DNA of 64,000 nt from positions 40,924 through 104,923 of the IMG/VR virus record IMGVR_UViG_3300035517_000038; one strand, 5' to 3'. Position numbers and translations under genes: made by a program. Below the pieces are notes generated by a model that was not told the DNA's origin, did no database searches, and worked only from the letters and a program-made list of their open reading frames with translations. This DNA is from a virus (taxonomy: Duplodnaviria > Caudoviricetes). Positions 10,076 to 23,100 of the stretch are shown piece after piece (position 1 is the stretch's first letter; each line of letters opens with the position of its first letter).

Positions 10076-13000
10076 ATGGCATCATGTACTTATGCCCCTA
10101 AAAAGGGCGCAGATTTATTCTATGCTCTAAAAAAAGAGCTTGGATATAATAAAGCCTGGGATGTAATTGGTATTATTAATAACCCTAAATTTAAGCAGGA
10201 TTTTGCGGATACTCTCACTTTAGATAGTGAGGGTATCCCTACCCTTGCTTCTGTAATGGGTAATAAATATATACAAGGATTTCTAGGTATAGATAACACT
10301 GCTAAAATGCTACAACGAGAATACTCAGCTGTAGAAGATACTATGAGTAATTATAAATCAGCATTAGAACAGGCTAAATTGTTTAATACTACAAGTGAGC
10401 ATAAGAATAATTTCACAGCAGTAGTAAAAAATAAAGATGGTAAACTTAGAGTTACTATCTTACCTAGAACTGAAACTGCTTTAGAAGAGTTTAAAGACCA
10501 ATATGCTGCACATAGCCTTAATAGGCAATTAGAGACCATTCTAGAGCCTGTAGGTATTACAGTGGGAATGTTATCAGAAGCAGAAATAAAGGCTGGTAGA
10601 ACGGGCGTAATTAACTTTGCAGCTGCTAATAGAATGGCTCAAGATACTATATCTATGATTAGAGTAGCTAATAATAGACAAGGTTTTGAAGCTCTTAGTG
10701 AAGAATATTCACACTTACTTGTAGCTGCCTTTAAAGATACTCCTCTATTAGAGAGGTTGATTAATGCTCTTGCAAAGGATGAGGAAGCCCTTAGAGTTAT
10801 TCTTGGTGATGAATATGCAGATACTGTAAATTTCCAAGATGGAGATATGGCTCTTGTGGCTGAAGAAGCTGTAGGTCAATTATTGAGAGAGCACTTTGCT
10901 CAAAAAGTTGGGAGTAAGTCAGCTTTAATTAACCGCTTTAGAGATTTTGTACACTCTAAATATAAGGGTATGGATGAATCAGATGTAGCCCATGCTATAG
11001 TAGAGTCTGAATCTGTGCTCAGTAGTTTAGTACAAAAAATGCTTGAAGGTACTCTAAAAGTTGACCCTGCTAAAATAGAAACCAGAATGGTGCAGCTTAA
11101 TTCTTTAGCTGATAGATTGGACAGGAATATGGAACTACTAAAACATATGAAAGTTCAAGAGGTAAAACAGGCTCAATTATCAGGTACTAGAGGTACTAGT
11201 GATACATTGCATAAAATTAATGTAGCTTTAAATAATTCTACAGATATTGCAGCACAAGCTGTAGGATTTACTGAATATAGTATGGAGGCTCTTAAGGCTT
11301 TTACAAAGGCTCAGGGTTTATTAAATTCTATTGATAGAGGAATATCAACACAAGATACATTTAGAGATTTAAGACAGGTAGAGGCTACTATTGGTAAATA
11401 CGGTAAATTTATAAAAGGGCTTAATGATACAATAAATGAGGAAAAAACATTAAGACAAGAGCAATTTGAAGTAGAAATAGATGATGAGGGTAATCCTGTT
11501 TATACTCCATTAGACCCTGAAGATGTGTCTATGTTTGCTGAACCTATTCCAATTCTTCAGGATGATGGTACTTATGAATATATAAATATGTATGAGGTAC
11601 TCTCAGCTCTTAATGATATTTCACAAAGAATTGCTTCAGAATTTGAAGCAAAGTCTTTAAGCTCTTTTGCTAGTTTCTTAGAACCTGTATTAGGTACAGA
11701 GGTTACTACAGAAATTGGTAAAAATGCTGGTACTGGAGTATTGGTTACCGATTTATTAAAAAGAGCTTCTAATGATATATCATTCTTTGATAGATGGTTG
11801 GACTCTATGGGACAGTCTAGAGACCCTATTCTTAATGCTTTTGATGAAATAGTCAAAAGGCAAAATGAGGAAGCTAAGGATAAAGCACAAGGTCTTATTA
11901 GAAGATTACAGAAGATAATGCTCGATGCTAAAGATAAAGGTATCACAGATTTTGATTGGATGTTTGAGAAACTCTCTGATGGTAGCCTTAGTGGTGATTA
12001 TATTAGTGAGATTAATAGAAATCAATACCATAAAGAGAGATTAGAGATGGAAGCTGCTCTAGAGGCTAAATATGGCAGAAATCCTAAAGGCGAAGAATTA
12101 GAAGCTAAAAAGAGAGAAAGAGAAGCCTGGCATTTAGAACATTCTAAAAAGTCATTTGGTAGATGGCGTATTAATGAACGTAAGTATGAAAATGCTGCTT
12201 ATAAGGCACTGTCTAAAGACCAAAGAGAGATTCTTGATAGATTATTAGCTATCAAAGAAATTGCTGATAAATTATTACCTGCAGCTAAAGTAGATAAGCT
12301 TAAAGCTGTACAAATGCGTAGAATGGGTAATAGTAGAGTATTAGATTCATTAGCACATCCTAGTAGAATTTGGGAAAATATTAAGGAAGCGGTTGCTGAA
12401 GAATTATTAGATAGAAACGATGATAACCTTACTTTTGGTGAAAACAATAGAAGAGGTTTAAAAGATTTCTCAGGTAAGGAATATATGGAATTACCTGCTC
12501 TTTATACTAATAGGTTAGAAAATCCTAATGACCTTAATAGAGATGTAATAGGCTCTCTTATGGCTTATGTAGCTATGGCTTGCAAATATGAAGCTATGAA
12601 TGAAGTAGTAGATGCCTTAGAAGTTGGTAGAAGTATAGTAAATAAAAGAGAAGTACAGAAAACTGTAGGTAATCAACCTATGGTGGAGAAATTAAGTAAT
12701 GGTTTTGATACAGTGACTGCAAAAATCTTACAAGATGGAAAGACAAATATGCAAGCCAAACTTGATGACTTTATGGCTTCACAAGTGTATAATAGATTAT
12801 TAAAAGATTATGGTACATTTGATGTATTTGGTCAGAAGATTAATAAGAATAAAGCAGTTTCATTACTTCTTAAATATTCTTCATTAGCTCAATTAGGGTT
12901 CAATGCTCTTGCTAACTTAGCCAATGTAACTCAAGGTGTGGCTATGCAGAATATAGAAGCTGCTGCAGGAGAGTTTTTCAATGCTAAAGAGTTAGCTAAA

Positions 13001-14116
13001 GCTGATGCTGCATATGGTAGAATGATTACAGGCTATCTTTCAGAGTTAGGTAGCAGAGTCAAAACTAACAAACTGTGGTTATTTGACCAAGCTATTGACT
13101 TTAAAGGTGACTACTTCAAGGATATGAAGCACCAAGATATGCGCAAGTTTGTACAAAGAGTATTGGGCAAAGAGCTTGCGTTTATAGGTCAAGAGGCTGG
13201 TGACCATTGGTTATATAACAGAACAGCTATAGCAATGGCTATGAGAACTAAGGTTAATGTTCCTGGTAAAGGGGTAATGTCATTGTGGGATGCTCTAGAG
13301 TATGAATCTCCTAGTGGTATTAATGATTCTAGAATTAAAGAATGTAGACTACCTCAAGGTACTACTTTTGTAAAAACAGGTGAAACTGCTAGTCTTAAGA
13401 GATTTGGTAGAGAAGTTCTAGAAATAAACCAAGAACTTTTTGGTATCTATAATGAAGAAGATGCCAATGCTGCTAATAGAGTTATAGGTGGTAGATTGGT
13501 AATGCAGTATAGAAAATACATGAGACCTCTGTGGAATAAGAGATTTGGAGAATCTAGAAAATCTCTTATAACTGGTAGAGAGTACGAGGGTTTCTATCGT
13601 TCACTGTTTAAATTTGCATCAGCAGTAGCAAAAGAGAAAAGTTGGAAAAATAACTCTTTCATGTTAAATGCTACTGAACATCAAAAGAGGAATTTAAGAA
13701 GAGCAGTTATGGATATTTTACAATGGGCAGTTATGGCAGCATTAGCTAATTTCTTAGAATGGCCTGATGATGATGATAATTATATTTTCCAATTGACAGA
13801 ATATCTAGTTAAAAGATTAAACAGAGAATTAGGTATGTTTGCTTTATCTCCTATAATGTTCCAAGAGTGGTACAACACTATAACAGCCCCTGCAGCAACT
13901 TTATCTGTTGTAAAACAAGTTGGTATATTTGTAGGTTCATTAGTTAATCCTGTTAGCTGGATGGATGAAATAGAACAAGGTAGATATAAAGGTATGACTC
14001 AAGTAGGAAAAGCAGCGTATCTGTTACCTATTCCCTATTTATCTTACTACAGACAATGGGATAAATTCTATAATAGACTTGATGAAATGTCAGATTACTA
14101 TACTAGGTCTAGATAA
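10076..14116 (+). CDS. large virion cargo/ejection protein of the crAss RNAP locus
   Basis: 1346 aa directly downstream of vRNAP; degenerate zincin-like EEYSH...AEEAVG; helical body with hydrophobic C-terminal segments. Confidence 0.7.
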   Translation: MASCTYAPKKGADLFYALKKELGYNKAWDVIGIINNPKFKQDFADTLTLDSEGIPTLASVMGNKYIQGFLGIDNTAKMLQREYSAVEDTMSNYKSALEQAKLFNTTSEHKNNFTAVVKNKDGKLRVTILPRTETALEEFKDQYAAHSLNRQLETILEPVGITVGMLSEAEIKAGRTGVINFAAANRMAQDTISMIRVANNRQGFEALSEEYSHLLVAAFKDTPLLERLINALAKDEEALRVILGDEYADTVNFQDGDMALVAEEAVGQLLREHFAQKVGSKSALINRFRDFVHSKYKGMDESDVAHAIVESESVLSSLVQKMLEGTLKVDPAKIETRMVQLNSLADRLDRNMELLKHMKVQEVKQAQLSGTRGTSDTLHKINVALNNSTDIAAQAVGFTEYSMEALKAFTKAQGLLNSIDRGISTQDTFRDLRQVEATIGKYGKFIKGLNDTINEEKTLRQEQFEVEIDDEGNPVYTPLDPEDVSMFAEPIPILQDDGTYEYINMYEVLSALNDISQRIASEFEAKSLSSFASFLEPVLGTEVTTEIGKNAGTGVLVTDLLKRASNDISFFDRWLDSMGQSRDPILNAFDEIVKRQNEEAKDKAQGLIRRLQKIMLDAKDKGITDFDWMFEKLSDGSLSGDYISEINRNQYHKERLEMEAALEAKYGRNPKGEELEAKKREREAWHLEHSKKSFGRWRINERKYENAAYKALSKDQREILDRLLAIKEIADKLLPAAKVDKLKAVQMRRMGNSRVLDSLAHPSRIWENIKEAVAEELLDRNDDNLTFGENNRRGLKDFSGKEYMELPALYTNRLENPNDLNRDVIGSLMAYVAMACKYEAMNEVVDALEVGRSIVNKREVQKTVGNQPMVEKLSNGFDTVTAKILQDGKTNMQAKLDDFMASQVYNRLLKDYGTFDVFGQKINKNKAVSLLLKYSSLAQLGFNALANLANVTQGVAMQNIEAAAGEFFNAKELAKADAAYGRMITGYLSELGSRVKTNKLWLFDQAIDFKGDYFKDMKHQDMRKFVQRVLGKELAFIGQEAGDHWLYNRTAIAMAMRTKVNVPGKGVMSLWDALEYESPSGINDSRIKECRLPQGTTFVKTGETASLKRFGREVLEINQELFGIYNEEDANAANRVIGGRLVMQYRKYMRPLWNKRFGESRKSLITGREYEGFYRSLFKFASAVAKEKSWKNNSFMLNATEHQKRNLRRAVMDILQWAVMAALANFLEWPDDDDNYIFQLTEYLVKRLNRELGMFALSPIMFQEWYNTITAPAATLSVVKQVGIFVGSLVNPVSWMDEIEQGRYKGMTQVGKAAYLLPIPYLSYYRQWDKFYNRLDEMSDYYTRSR

Positions 14117-14130
14117 TTAAATAGGTTCAA

Positions 14131-14170
14131 TAAAAAGGGAGGCACCAAACGGTGTCTCCCTTATTTTTTT
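14131..14170. terminator. bidirectional intrinsic terminator between convergent units
   Basis: A-run, stem aagggaggcacc-aaac-ggtgtctccctt, T-run; lies between convergent stops at 14116 and 14170. Confidence 0.9.
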
Positions 14171-17100
14171 TACATTCTACACTTAAGGAAAGTTTCTTTC
14201 TCTAATAGAGTCATCTTTTCAAAATCTTCTATAGTCATACCTCTTTCCTTAAGATAATCCATAGATTCTCTAGCTTGAGCATTGAGTTTAGCATGATTGT
14301 AACTTTCTAATTTTTCTTTGAAAGCACTTCTCTCAGCTATTTCTGCTTTCTTTGCATCAAGCATATTCTGAAGTTGTACTCTTCTTTGTAAGAGTTTTGT
14401 ACTTTCCTTATTCATAGCAATACCTAATTTATTTACAGATGTCCATATCTCATACCTACCTCTACACTCATCTACTTGAGTTATATCTTTATATTCCTCA
14501 GGTATAGCATTTTCAGCAGCATCAGGTGTTAAGAATCCATCTCTATAAATAACATAGCCTTTTCTAAGTTTGGCTTTAGGGTCTCTTTTGAGTTTCTCAT
14601 AAGCAGCTCTCAATCTATTGTTGCTTTCTTTTATTTTATCTCTTGTAGAAGATATTTCATTCTCTATATCTTTAATCTCTTGTTCTAATGCTTCTTCTTC
14701 ACTCATGGACCTTCTAAGAGTTTGTTCTCTACTCTGTTGATTTCTATTTATAGTTATAGCTTTAGAATCATATATAATATGATGGTCGGCATTACTAAAA
14801 CCAGAATGGTGCATAGCCCCTACATAACCGCCTTTAGCTACTAATAATTTAGTAACATCTGCTTGAGCTTTTCCAACATTAGAACCTGCAGAGCCTTTAT
14901 CTAAATATTCTATAGATTGTAAACCCTCAAGTATTCTAATCTTGTCCATGGTAGTTTCTGCAGTATTATAAAGATTATCAAAAATATCTTGAAGCTCTTT
15001 CGGTGTCATATTTTCACCCTTAGTACCTAACAGAGATTTACCATTAACTCTTGGCTCATTACCAGAAAGTGTCATATGAGCTATAACTCTTTGATATTGC
15101 TCACTATTCTTTATTTTAGGTAGTAAAGAATATTTTATACTATCTAAAATTGACAAAGTTTCTGCATCAGGGGCAGTATCTAATTGTAAAAATTTACCAT
15201 TAGCATTTATACTAATACTGTAAGTATTACCACCATGCAAAGATTTTAATAAACTTTCTGCAACTGTTACAGCTTCATCAATATTAGTAAAGAACGCCTC
15301 AGTTTCTTTATTAGCTTCTACAAATTTATTATATTTTTCAGAAAGTTGTCTAGCTAAGTTATTTAACTGTATTGTTTCTTTATTTTCTACAATTTTACCT
15401 TTGCTATATACACCTTCACTAAAAGAACTTTTAATAGCTTTTATCTCTGCTTTAAGTTTATCTGCATTAGTTATAAGTCTTCTGATAGTACCTAAAATAC
15501 CCTTTGTTTTCTGAATACTAGCTAACTTATATTGTAAACTTTCTAAACTATCAATTCTCGAAGATAACCTTTCAACTAAATCAACAAATTCTTTAAAACT
15601 TTGAGTATCCTGCTGGAAAAATTTAGTCAAACGTTCAAAAAGTCTTGTATTCTTTTCTCCAAGATTCTGCCCTAATTTGATAGTAGCTGAGAATGTATTT
15701 AAAGCATCTACCATATCAGCTACAGATAAATTAGAGCCAGAACTTTCAAAAAGAGTGAAAGCTTTTGGTAAATACTCTCTTAATCTAGTAGCCAATGCTC
15801 TAATCCTGTACATCTGCGCTTCCACTTTACTACCAGTAAAATAAAAACCTGACGTATATGCAGTATTACCCTCACCTGTAAACAAGAAATCTGTACTAAA
15901 CTCATCTATAGCAAAAGCTCCTGTACCATGATAAGTATTAATAGTATTAGTAGCTTTACTCTTATTAGCAAACTTACCTTTTCTAATATTTCTGTAGAGT
16001 TTATTAAGTTGAGCCTCTTTACCAAATAAAGTTTTAACAAACATCTTAAGTTTACCCCAAAGTTTTCTAAAACCTTTTTGATTCTCCAGTTGCTCATAGT
16101 TCTGCATATACCTTCTAAAGCCCTCTGCAAGCTCTTCCTCAAGCTCTAATTCAGACTTCTGACCAAATACCCTAGCAGCTTCTTCATAAAGGTCTGAAAG
16201 CTCTCTATCGCTTAATAAGGTTTGGGATACATAGTGGAAAGCCTCATGATAAGCAGTACCCCTACTAGAGTTTTTAGCAAGATACACAACACCATCTTTA
16301 AACAATCCCCATACTTTATCTCCATTAGCAAGAGTTGATAATTGTGTTACACTCTCCACTAATCTAAGAGCATCTTCATGAGCTAATTGAGGGAGCATTT
16401 GTTGTACTCTTGCAACCTCTGCTTCTATATCAGTACCTTCATAGGCTTCATCAGAAGACTCTCTCCTGAGTTTTGAAGATTTTTCATAAGCCTCTCTTGC
16501 TTTCTTTTGAATATCCTCCTCAGACATACTGCTATTAATAGTAGCATCATATGTAGCAAAGAATCTATTCTTCATAGTATTATTGAGTTTAGAAACAGCA
16601 ATAACTATATCTTGAGGAACTTTATAGAAAGTTAACTTTCTAGTAGCATTTATCTTACCTCTAAGACTCTTAAGTGCTTCATTATAAGCATCTTGAGTAT
16701 CATCTTTCTTAGCTTCTGCTGCTTTCGCTTTCTCTTTCTCTGCTTTCTGCTTAGCTCTTTCAGCTGCAATATCCATAGAGAAATCAAAATCATCAGCAGA
16801 AAGAACTTCACCACCATCATCATCTGTAGCAGCTTCATCTGCTGCAGGAGTAGTAGTCTTTAACTCTGTAGCAGCTTTCTCTCTGCTGGCTACTACAGTA
16901 GCATATGCAGAGTTTACAGAGTCTATAATATCTTCATCATACTTAATCTTGGTTACATCTATATTAAAATGTTCAGCGAGCTTATCATATAAAGCATCTG
17001 TAAATTCAGTACCTTCTAAGTTTTCTAAACCTTTAGATAATTCATCTACAACATTAACAAAATTAGGGTCATTAAATATAGTATTTCTGACTGATAAAGT

Positions 17101-20100
17101 ATGACTAAAGCTATTAAATTCATCTGCACTATTGCTATCTCTAGGTTCTTCTTTAACATATTTAAGAGAAACTTGAGCTTCTGAAAATCCTTCAGCTGTA
17201 CCTGCATTTACATCCACAATTATAGCACCACCGTCTATAGTATAAATAGCTACATAATTACCACTAACACCAGCAACAGTATCAGAGAACTCACTATCAC
17301 CTCTAGGAGATTTAATAGTAATAGTTACTACAGAATCTTTAGTTAGCTTAGAAGCATTATCCGCAGTAATAGCAGAACCCGAAGGTATTACATTATTAGA
17401 GTTTTTCTTATTTTCTTGTCTCTTTTTAGCCTCATCTATATACCTTTGAAGCATCTCTTTATATTTAGCTTTATCAGTTTGTTTCTGTAAAACTTTAAGA
17501 GCTTTATGAACTTCAGGCATCTTGCTATATAAATACTGCTCTACTTTACCAGTGGTAGCATCTGAGAGTTTATTCCAATTAGAGAGAAGTTCAAAGATTG
17601 CTTCATTATTAGATTTTATCAGATTAACAGCTTTAGTTTTTTGGAGGTTTTTAGCATTTTCTCTAATATTTTTAATAGTTTCTCTATAAGCTTTTAAATC
17701 ACTCTCTTTAAGATTCTCTAATTCAGTTTTTAATACTGCAGGTATTATAGAGTCATTATTAAGAAGCTCTTCATCAGTGATATTAATATCATCTAACCTA
17801 GCTAATTTTATAGCAGCTTCTAGTAATCTTGTAGTATTAGAGGTTGATGTTGTAGTGGTGGTAGTAGTTTCCTTTTCTACATTAAACTCATCAAAGAGTT
17901 TATTTTTTGTAGCAGGGTCTACTTTAAGATATTGTATAGCAATATTTGTAGCATCTTGCACAGTGAGAGTACCATTTTGAACAGCTTGCTGTACTTGAGC
18001 CATGAACTCTATAAGATTTACATTAGCCTTAGTCTTATTACCGTTGTTGTTAATAGCTCTCACTAATTCCTCTCTAGTAGAGTTAGCTCTAAGTATAGTT
18101 TGTCTTATTCTGAGAACAAGGGATTTAGCTAATGCATAATTTAAATCTCCGCCATCATTTGAAGAATCCTCATTAAGAACAAACAAACCTCCAGGAACTT
18201 CACCTTCTTTAAGTAATCCAGCTTTTCTAGCAATTTCATTACCTATTTGTTTAGCTTCTACTACTTTTTTACCACCATTAAGATACTCAGCACCTACTCT
18301 ACCCTCTGCATTACTTTTGTCAATGCCACTGTCTAAACCTTCAGTATCAATAGCATCTGTAGGACTGCTAATAGGAGTACCAAAAGCTTCAGAAGGTATT
18401 TTATCAGCTTCTTGTCTAGCAGCATCTACAGCAGCTCCTAAGCCTTCTGTATTAGCTTCAGCAGGAGCACTTTCTACTTTAGGTGCTACAAACTTCTCTT
18501 CTTTAGTATTAAATCTACCCCAAGGAGTATCATATTCTTTTTGACCATTTAAACCATGCTGAATACCATAAGCCTTAGCCCTTAATATTGCATGATTAGG
18601 TTTTGTAGGGTCTAAGAGTAAGTAATCATTACCAACTGCATCCCAGACATAATAATCACCATTCTCTATCTTTACTCTTGTATTAGCGTCTACATCAACA
18701 TGAGTAGCAGTGCTGGTTCTTTGATTAGGATTAGTACCTATAGTCTTGGGGGCTTTGGCTTTCTTCTCTTGACCATCTATAATAGGATTGAGAACAAACC
18801 AATCATCTACTGTGTGATTAGCTCCAGGTCTCATATTAGTGAAAGCTACTTCACCAATCATTCTATTATAATTGACCTCTTGACCATTTACTGTGATAGT
18901 ATTATTAATATGCTCTCTTGCTACTCTAATAGAAGGGTTGTGCTTTTTTATAGCCTCCATTATAATATCAGCTCTGGTGTTAATACTAGCACTTTCTAAA
19001 CTAGCCCATGCTATTTTTTCACCATTTCTAATACCTAAGAGTTTACCATCTTTTGAGAATGTTATAATACCCTTATCATGATTAAGATTTAATAAAGCTC
19101 TGAGTCTATCTTGAGCTTCATGAATATCCTTTTTATCTGAATTTTGACTTAAAGTAGCCATATATTCGGCAACTTCTCTTACTGCTTTATAGATAAGAGA
19201 GCCTTCAGAAATACCTAACCATCTAGGCATAGAGAAAGGTACAGGCATATAAGCTCTTAAGTCACTAGAAGTAGGAAGTAACAGATAGGGAGTACCTGCA
19301 GGAGCAGTACTACTTTCAGAAGTTCTCATTATTGTAGACTGCAGTTTAGGGTCTCTAGACTTTTTAGAGTTAGCAACAACAACAGGAGATTGACCATTAG
19401 AAGTTGAGAAACCAATCATGAAATCATTCTCAGTAGATTGACCCTGAGAATTGGTATTATCCATAATCTGATTTAAAGACACTGACCTTTTATTTGTTGT
19501 AAAATCAGGTTTACCTACCATAATTTTAGCTATGGTAGATTCTCCACCTACAGGAACTAAATCGCCTTCTACAGATTCTTGCTTTTCATTATATTCTTTT
19601 ACTGCTTTTCTTGTAAACTCTGCTAATCCTGGGTATCTATCTGTTTCTATAGGAAGGTCACCGATAACTTCACCACTACTATTTACAATAAGAATTACAG
19701 GAACACCTGCAGATTTAGATAACTCTTTACTTATAGCAAAAGTAACCTTAGGTCCTTTAGCTCTATCATAAAAACCAGTTTTAGCTCTATCAAATACACC
19801 TACTTTCTCTAAAAACTCATATACTGCTTTATAGATAGGTTTCTTCTCATTAGAGTTATCAAGGGTCATCCAATAAGGTGTTCTATCACCACCTCTCTTT
19901 CTATGTATTGGGTATTCAGTAGTAGCAGGTCTCCAATAATTTAAAGTACCATTAGCAGCTTTAAGAGGTAAAGCTCCAGTAGCAGCATCTTCATCAGCTT
20001 GTGCTTGAGAGTTAGTTATCTTATCATCATTATGTATTTTATCTATTTCCTCACCTAATAATTCTTCAGGAATAGATTCAACACCAGTGACTTCTTCTTG

Positions 20101-23100
20101 AGTAGCTTGCTCACCACCAGTAACTATTTCAGGTTTAGTGCTTGTTGGTAATTTTAAATCAGCTATATCTTCAGTAGTTAAACTGGCATCTACGAATTTA
20201 GGAATGTGTTTACTAAAAACTATATATAAATCTTTAATATAATTATTAGAAAATAAGTCACCATATTTTCTTTGTATAGTCTTTTTTAGATTATTATTAG
20301 AGACTTTTTGAGCTAAAAGTTCTACTATATTATTTAGCATTTCTCTAATTCTAACCTCTTCTGCCTCTGTTATTAATCCCTGTTCTTTAGCCGCTCTAAT
20401 ATCATTATTAACAGCTTTAATAAATGCATCATAAGCATCTGTACGCTGTATAGCATTAACAGGTGCAGGCTGTTCTACAGGGTCTGTAGCAGATGGTTTT
20501 TCTTCTCCTAAGACCTCAGCACCAACCCTACCTTCTACAGGGCCTCTTTCTACAGTTCCTGGTACATTTTCTAAAAGCTTTTCAGTTGCTTTTTCTTCAT
20601 CTAGAGCTTCTCTAATAGCAGTTTTAGCTTTATCTAATCTTTGACCCATAAGAGCTTCTATCTCTTCCTCAGTCATAGAAGGGTCTAAAGCCCTATTAGG
20701 AAGATTTTCAAAGTTATTAAAAGCCTCTCTATCTAAGTCATCTAAATCTTCTATAGCTTCAGAATTTTTAAGACCTTCTAATAATAAAGCTAAAGCATCT
20801 TGGTGAGTTTGCTCATCTATTTGTCCTCTAGCTCGCATATCATCTAACCTCTTCTTAGAATTTTTAGCTTTTTCAAGAATCTCTTTTGCTTTTCTAGACC
20901 TTTTAATAGCCTCTTGTTTTTCTGTAGAAACATTACCAGTAGTATCATCAAAAGCTTCATCACCCATTTCTACAAATTCATCAAAGGCGCTGGTGTCTAT
21001 ATCTTCCCAACTTTCTGAATTATCAATAACCTCATTGATTTTTTCATTTACAGATTGAGATGCTGCTTTATTTACTTTCTCTTCTTCTGTCTTATTCTCC
21101 TTTTCTGTAGCTGTATCTTTCTTAGTTTGCTCAATATCATCTTCCAGCTTATCTAAATTCTTTGAATACTCTTTGACAGTATCTGAAAATAGTTTAGTAG
21201 CTTTAGAGAGTGCCTTCATATCTTCAAGTTTTTTAAGAATATCCTTATATTCAAACTCATCAAATATAGCACCATTGTGTTCTAAATATTTTGCAATACC
21301 GTCTCTAAAATCATCCCATTTCTCATCTGATAATTTTCTATTAGCCCTTGATGCAGTACCCCTAAGAAGACTTTTAAATTCTTCATTAGCGAATTTTATT
21401 TGGGCAATAGTTTTGTCTAACTCTGGGTCTTTAACACCCTGAGCCTCTAAAACCTCCCTATACCTTTCAAGCTCTTGTACTTCTTCTATATTATTATCTA
21501 ATATAGGCTTCAAAGCTTTTTGTACTTCGTCACCCATTTGGTCTATTCTCTTTTCCCAATTAAGGGCTTGTGCTCTAAGGAAAGCAAGATAATTAGCTTG
21601 GTCATTACTTAATCTATCACCTACGCTATTATCCACCCAGCTTTTAGAATCTAGATAAGCATCTACAACTTCCCTCATCTGTTTAGAGTTCTTTTGTAGA
21701 ATATCTACAGCCTTCTGCTGACCTTCTTCAGTATTAATATCTATACCTGCAAACTGCCCTTCATTATATTCTTGTATCTCTCCAGGAGTTAATAATTTTC
21801 TAGATAATTTTTCTGCTCTTTTATTAAGCACATTCTGTTGTTTTATGCTTAGAGCTTTTTTATTATTATTAAGAAAATTATATATAGTATTAAGTTCCTC
21901 TTTAATAGCTTCCCTTTGTTCCTCAATAGTAACAGTTCTAGTATTATCTTTAACAATCTCGGCTAATTCTTCAGGGGATGCTTGGTCAGCACTATCTAAG
22001 AAATCTAATATAGTATAAAAGTCATCAAGTCTACCAGCGTCTGAGAACATTTGAACACCACTAAACATTGAAGCAAATTCAGCATCCTTGAAAGCTTTTT
22101 CATCACCTACTTCTAAAGCAGCTTTTTGTAAATTACTAAAGAAGTTTATTCTGTTTATACCTTTAAAATTATTTAGATTCTTGGGGTCTTGTATCCACTC
22201 ATTTAACTTTCCTACTATTTTCTCAGCCCTTTCCTCATTTTCTCTTATATTTTGTAACTCCTCTCGTACACCACCTTGCATACGTAACCCCCATTTACCT
22301 TTCTGTTTACTGATAATAGGTACACCAGTAAGACCAGTAACACCACCTATAAGAAACTCAAACCAAGAATTAGAGTCTTTGACATTGGCATCAATACCAT
22401 TTATAATGGAGTTCATGTAGCTAAGAGTTTCTAATTCGGCATCTTCATCTATATTACTTTTGTAATAATTCATTACATCAGTACCATAATAATCAATATT
22501 GATTTTACCAGCAGCACCCTGACTCCATTCCTCATTAGCTTCTCTTAAAAATGGTTTTACAGTAGATTTTAAAAACTTCTCACCTTTCCCCATTTTATCT
22601 ACGTTATAGGAACCTTTGGCAAGTTGTTTAGCAAATTCTTCTGCATCGACAGCAGTGCCTGCCTCAGCAGCTTTTGATGCTGCTCCTTTAGCAGCTTGTT
22701 TTACAGAAGTCCTTTCACCTTGAGAATTTACATAAGAAACACCTTCAATTTTAGATAATGGTTTCCAACCTCCGACCATAGCTTTACCAAAAGCAAAATA
22801 GTTAGAAGTAGCAAGAATACCAATATTCATAGCAAATACACCATTACCAACTTTAATAGCATCTTCTTTAGCTCTTTGCATAGCTTTATCATAAGCATCG
22901 TTAGCCTCCTTTTTAGCTATGCTTCTAGCATTATTTACTCTACTAATATAATCGGCATTAAGTTTATCTAGTTCTTTTTTTCTAGCTTGTTCAGTAGGAT
23001 TAACAAAAACACCATCACCATTGTTTACCAAAGTTTGAGGCATTTTGTCATATCTTTCATTAATCTCTTTGTACTTTTGATTATAATCATCTTGTGCTTT

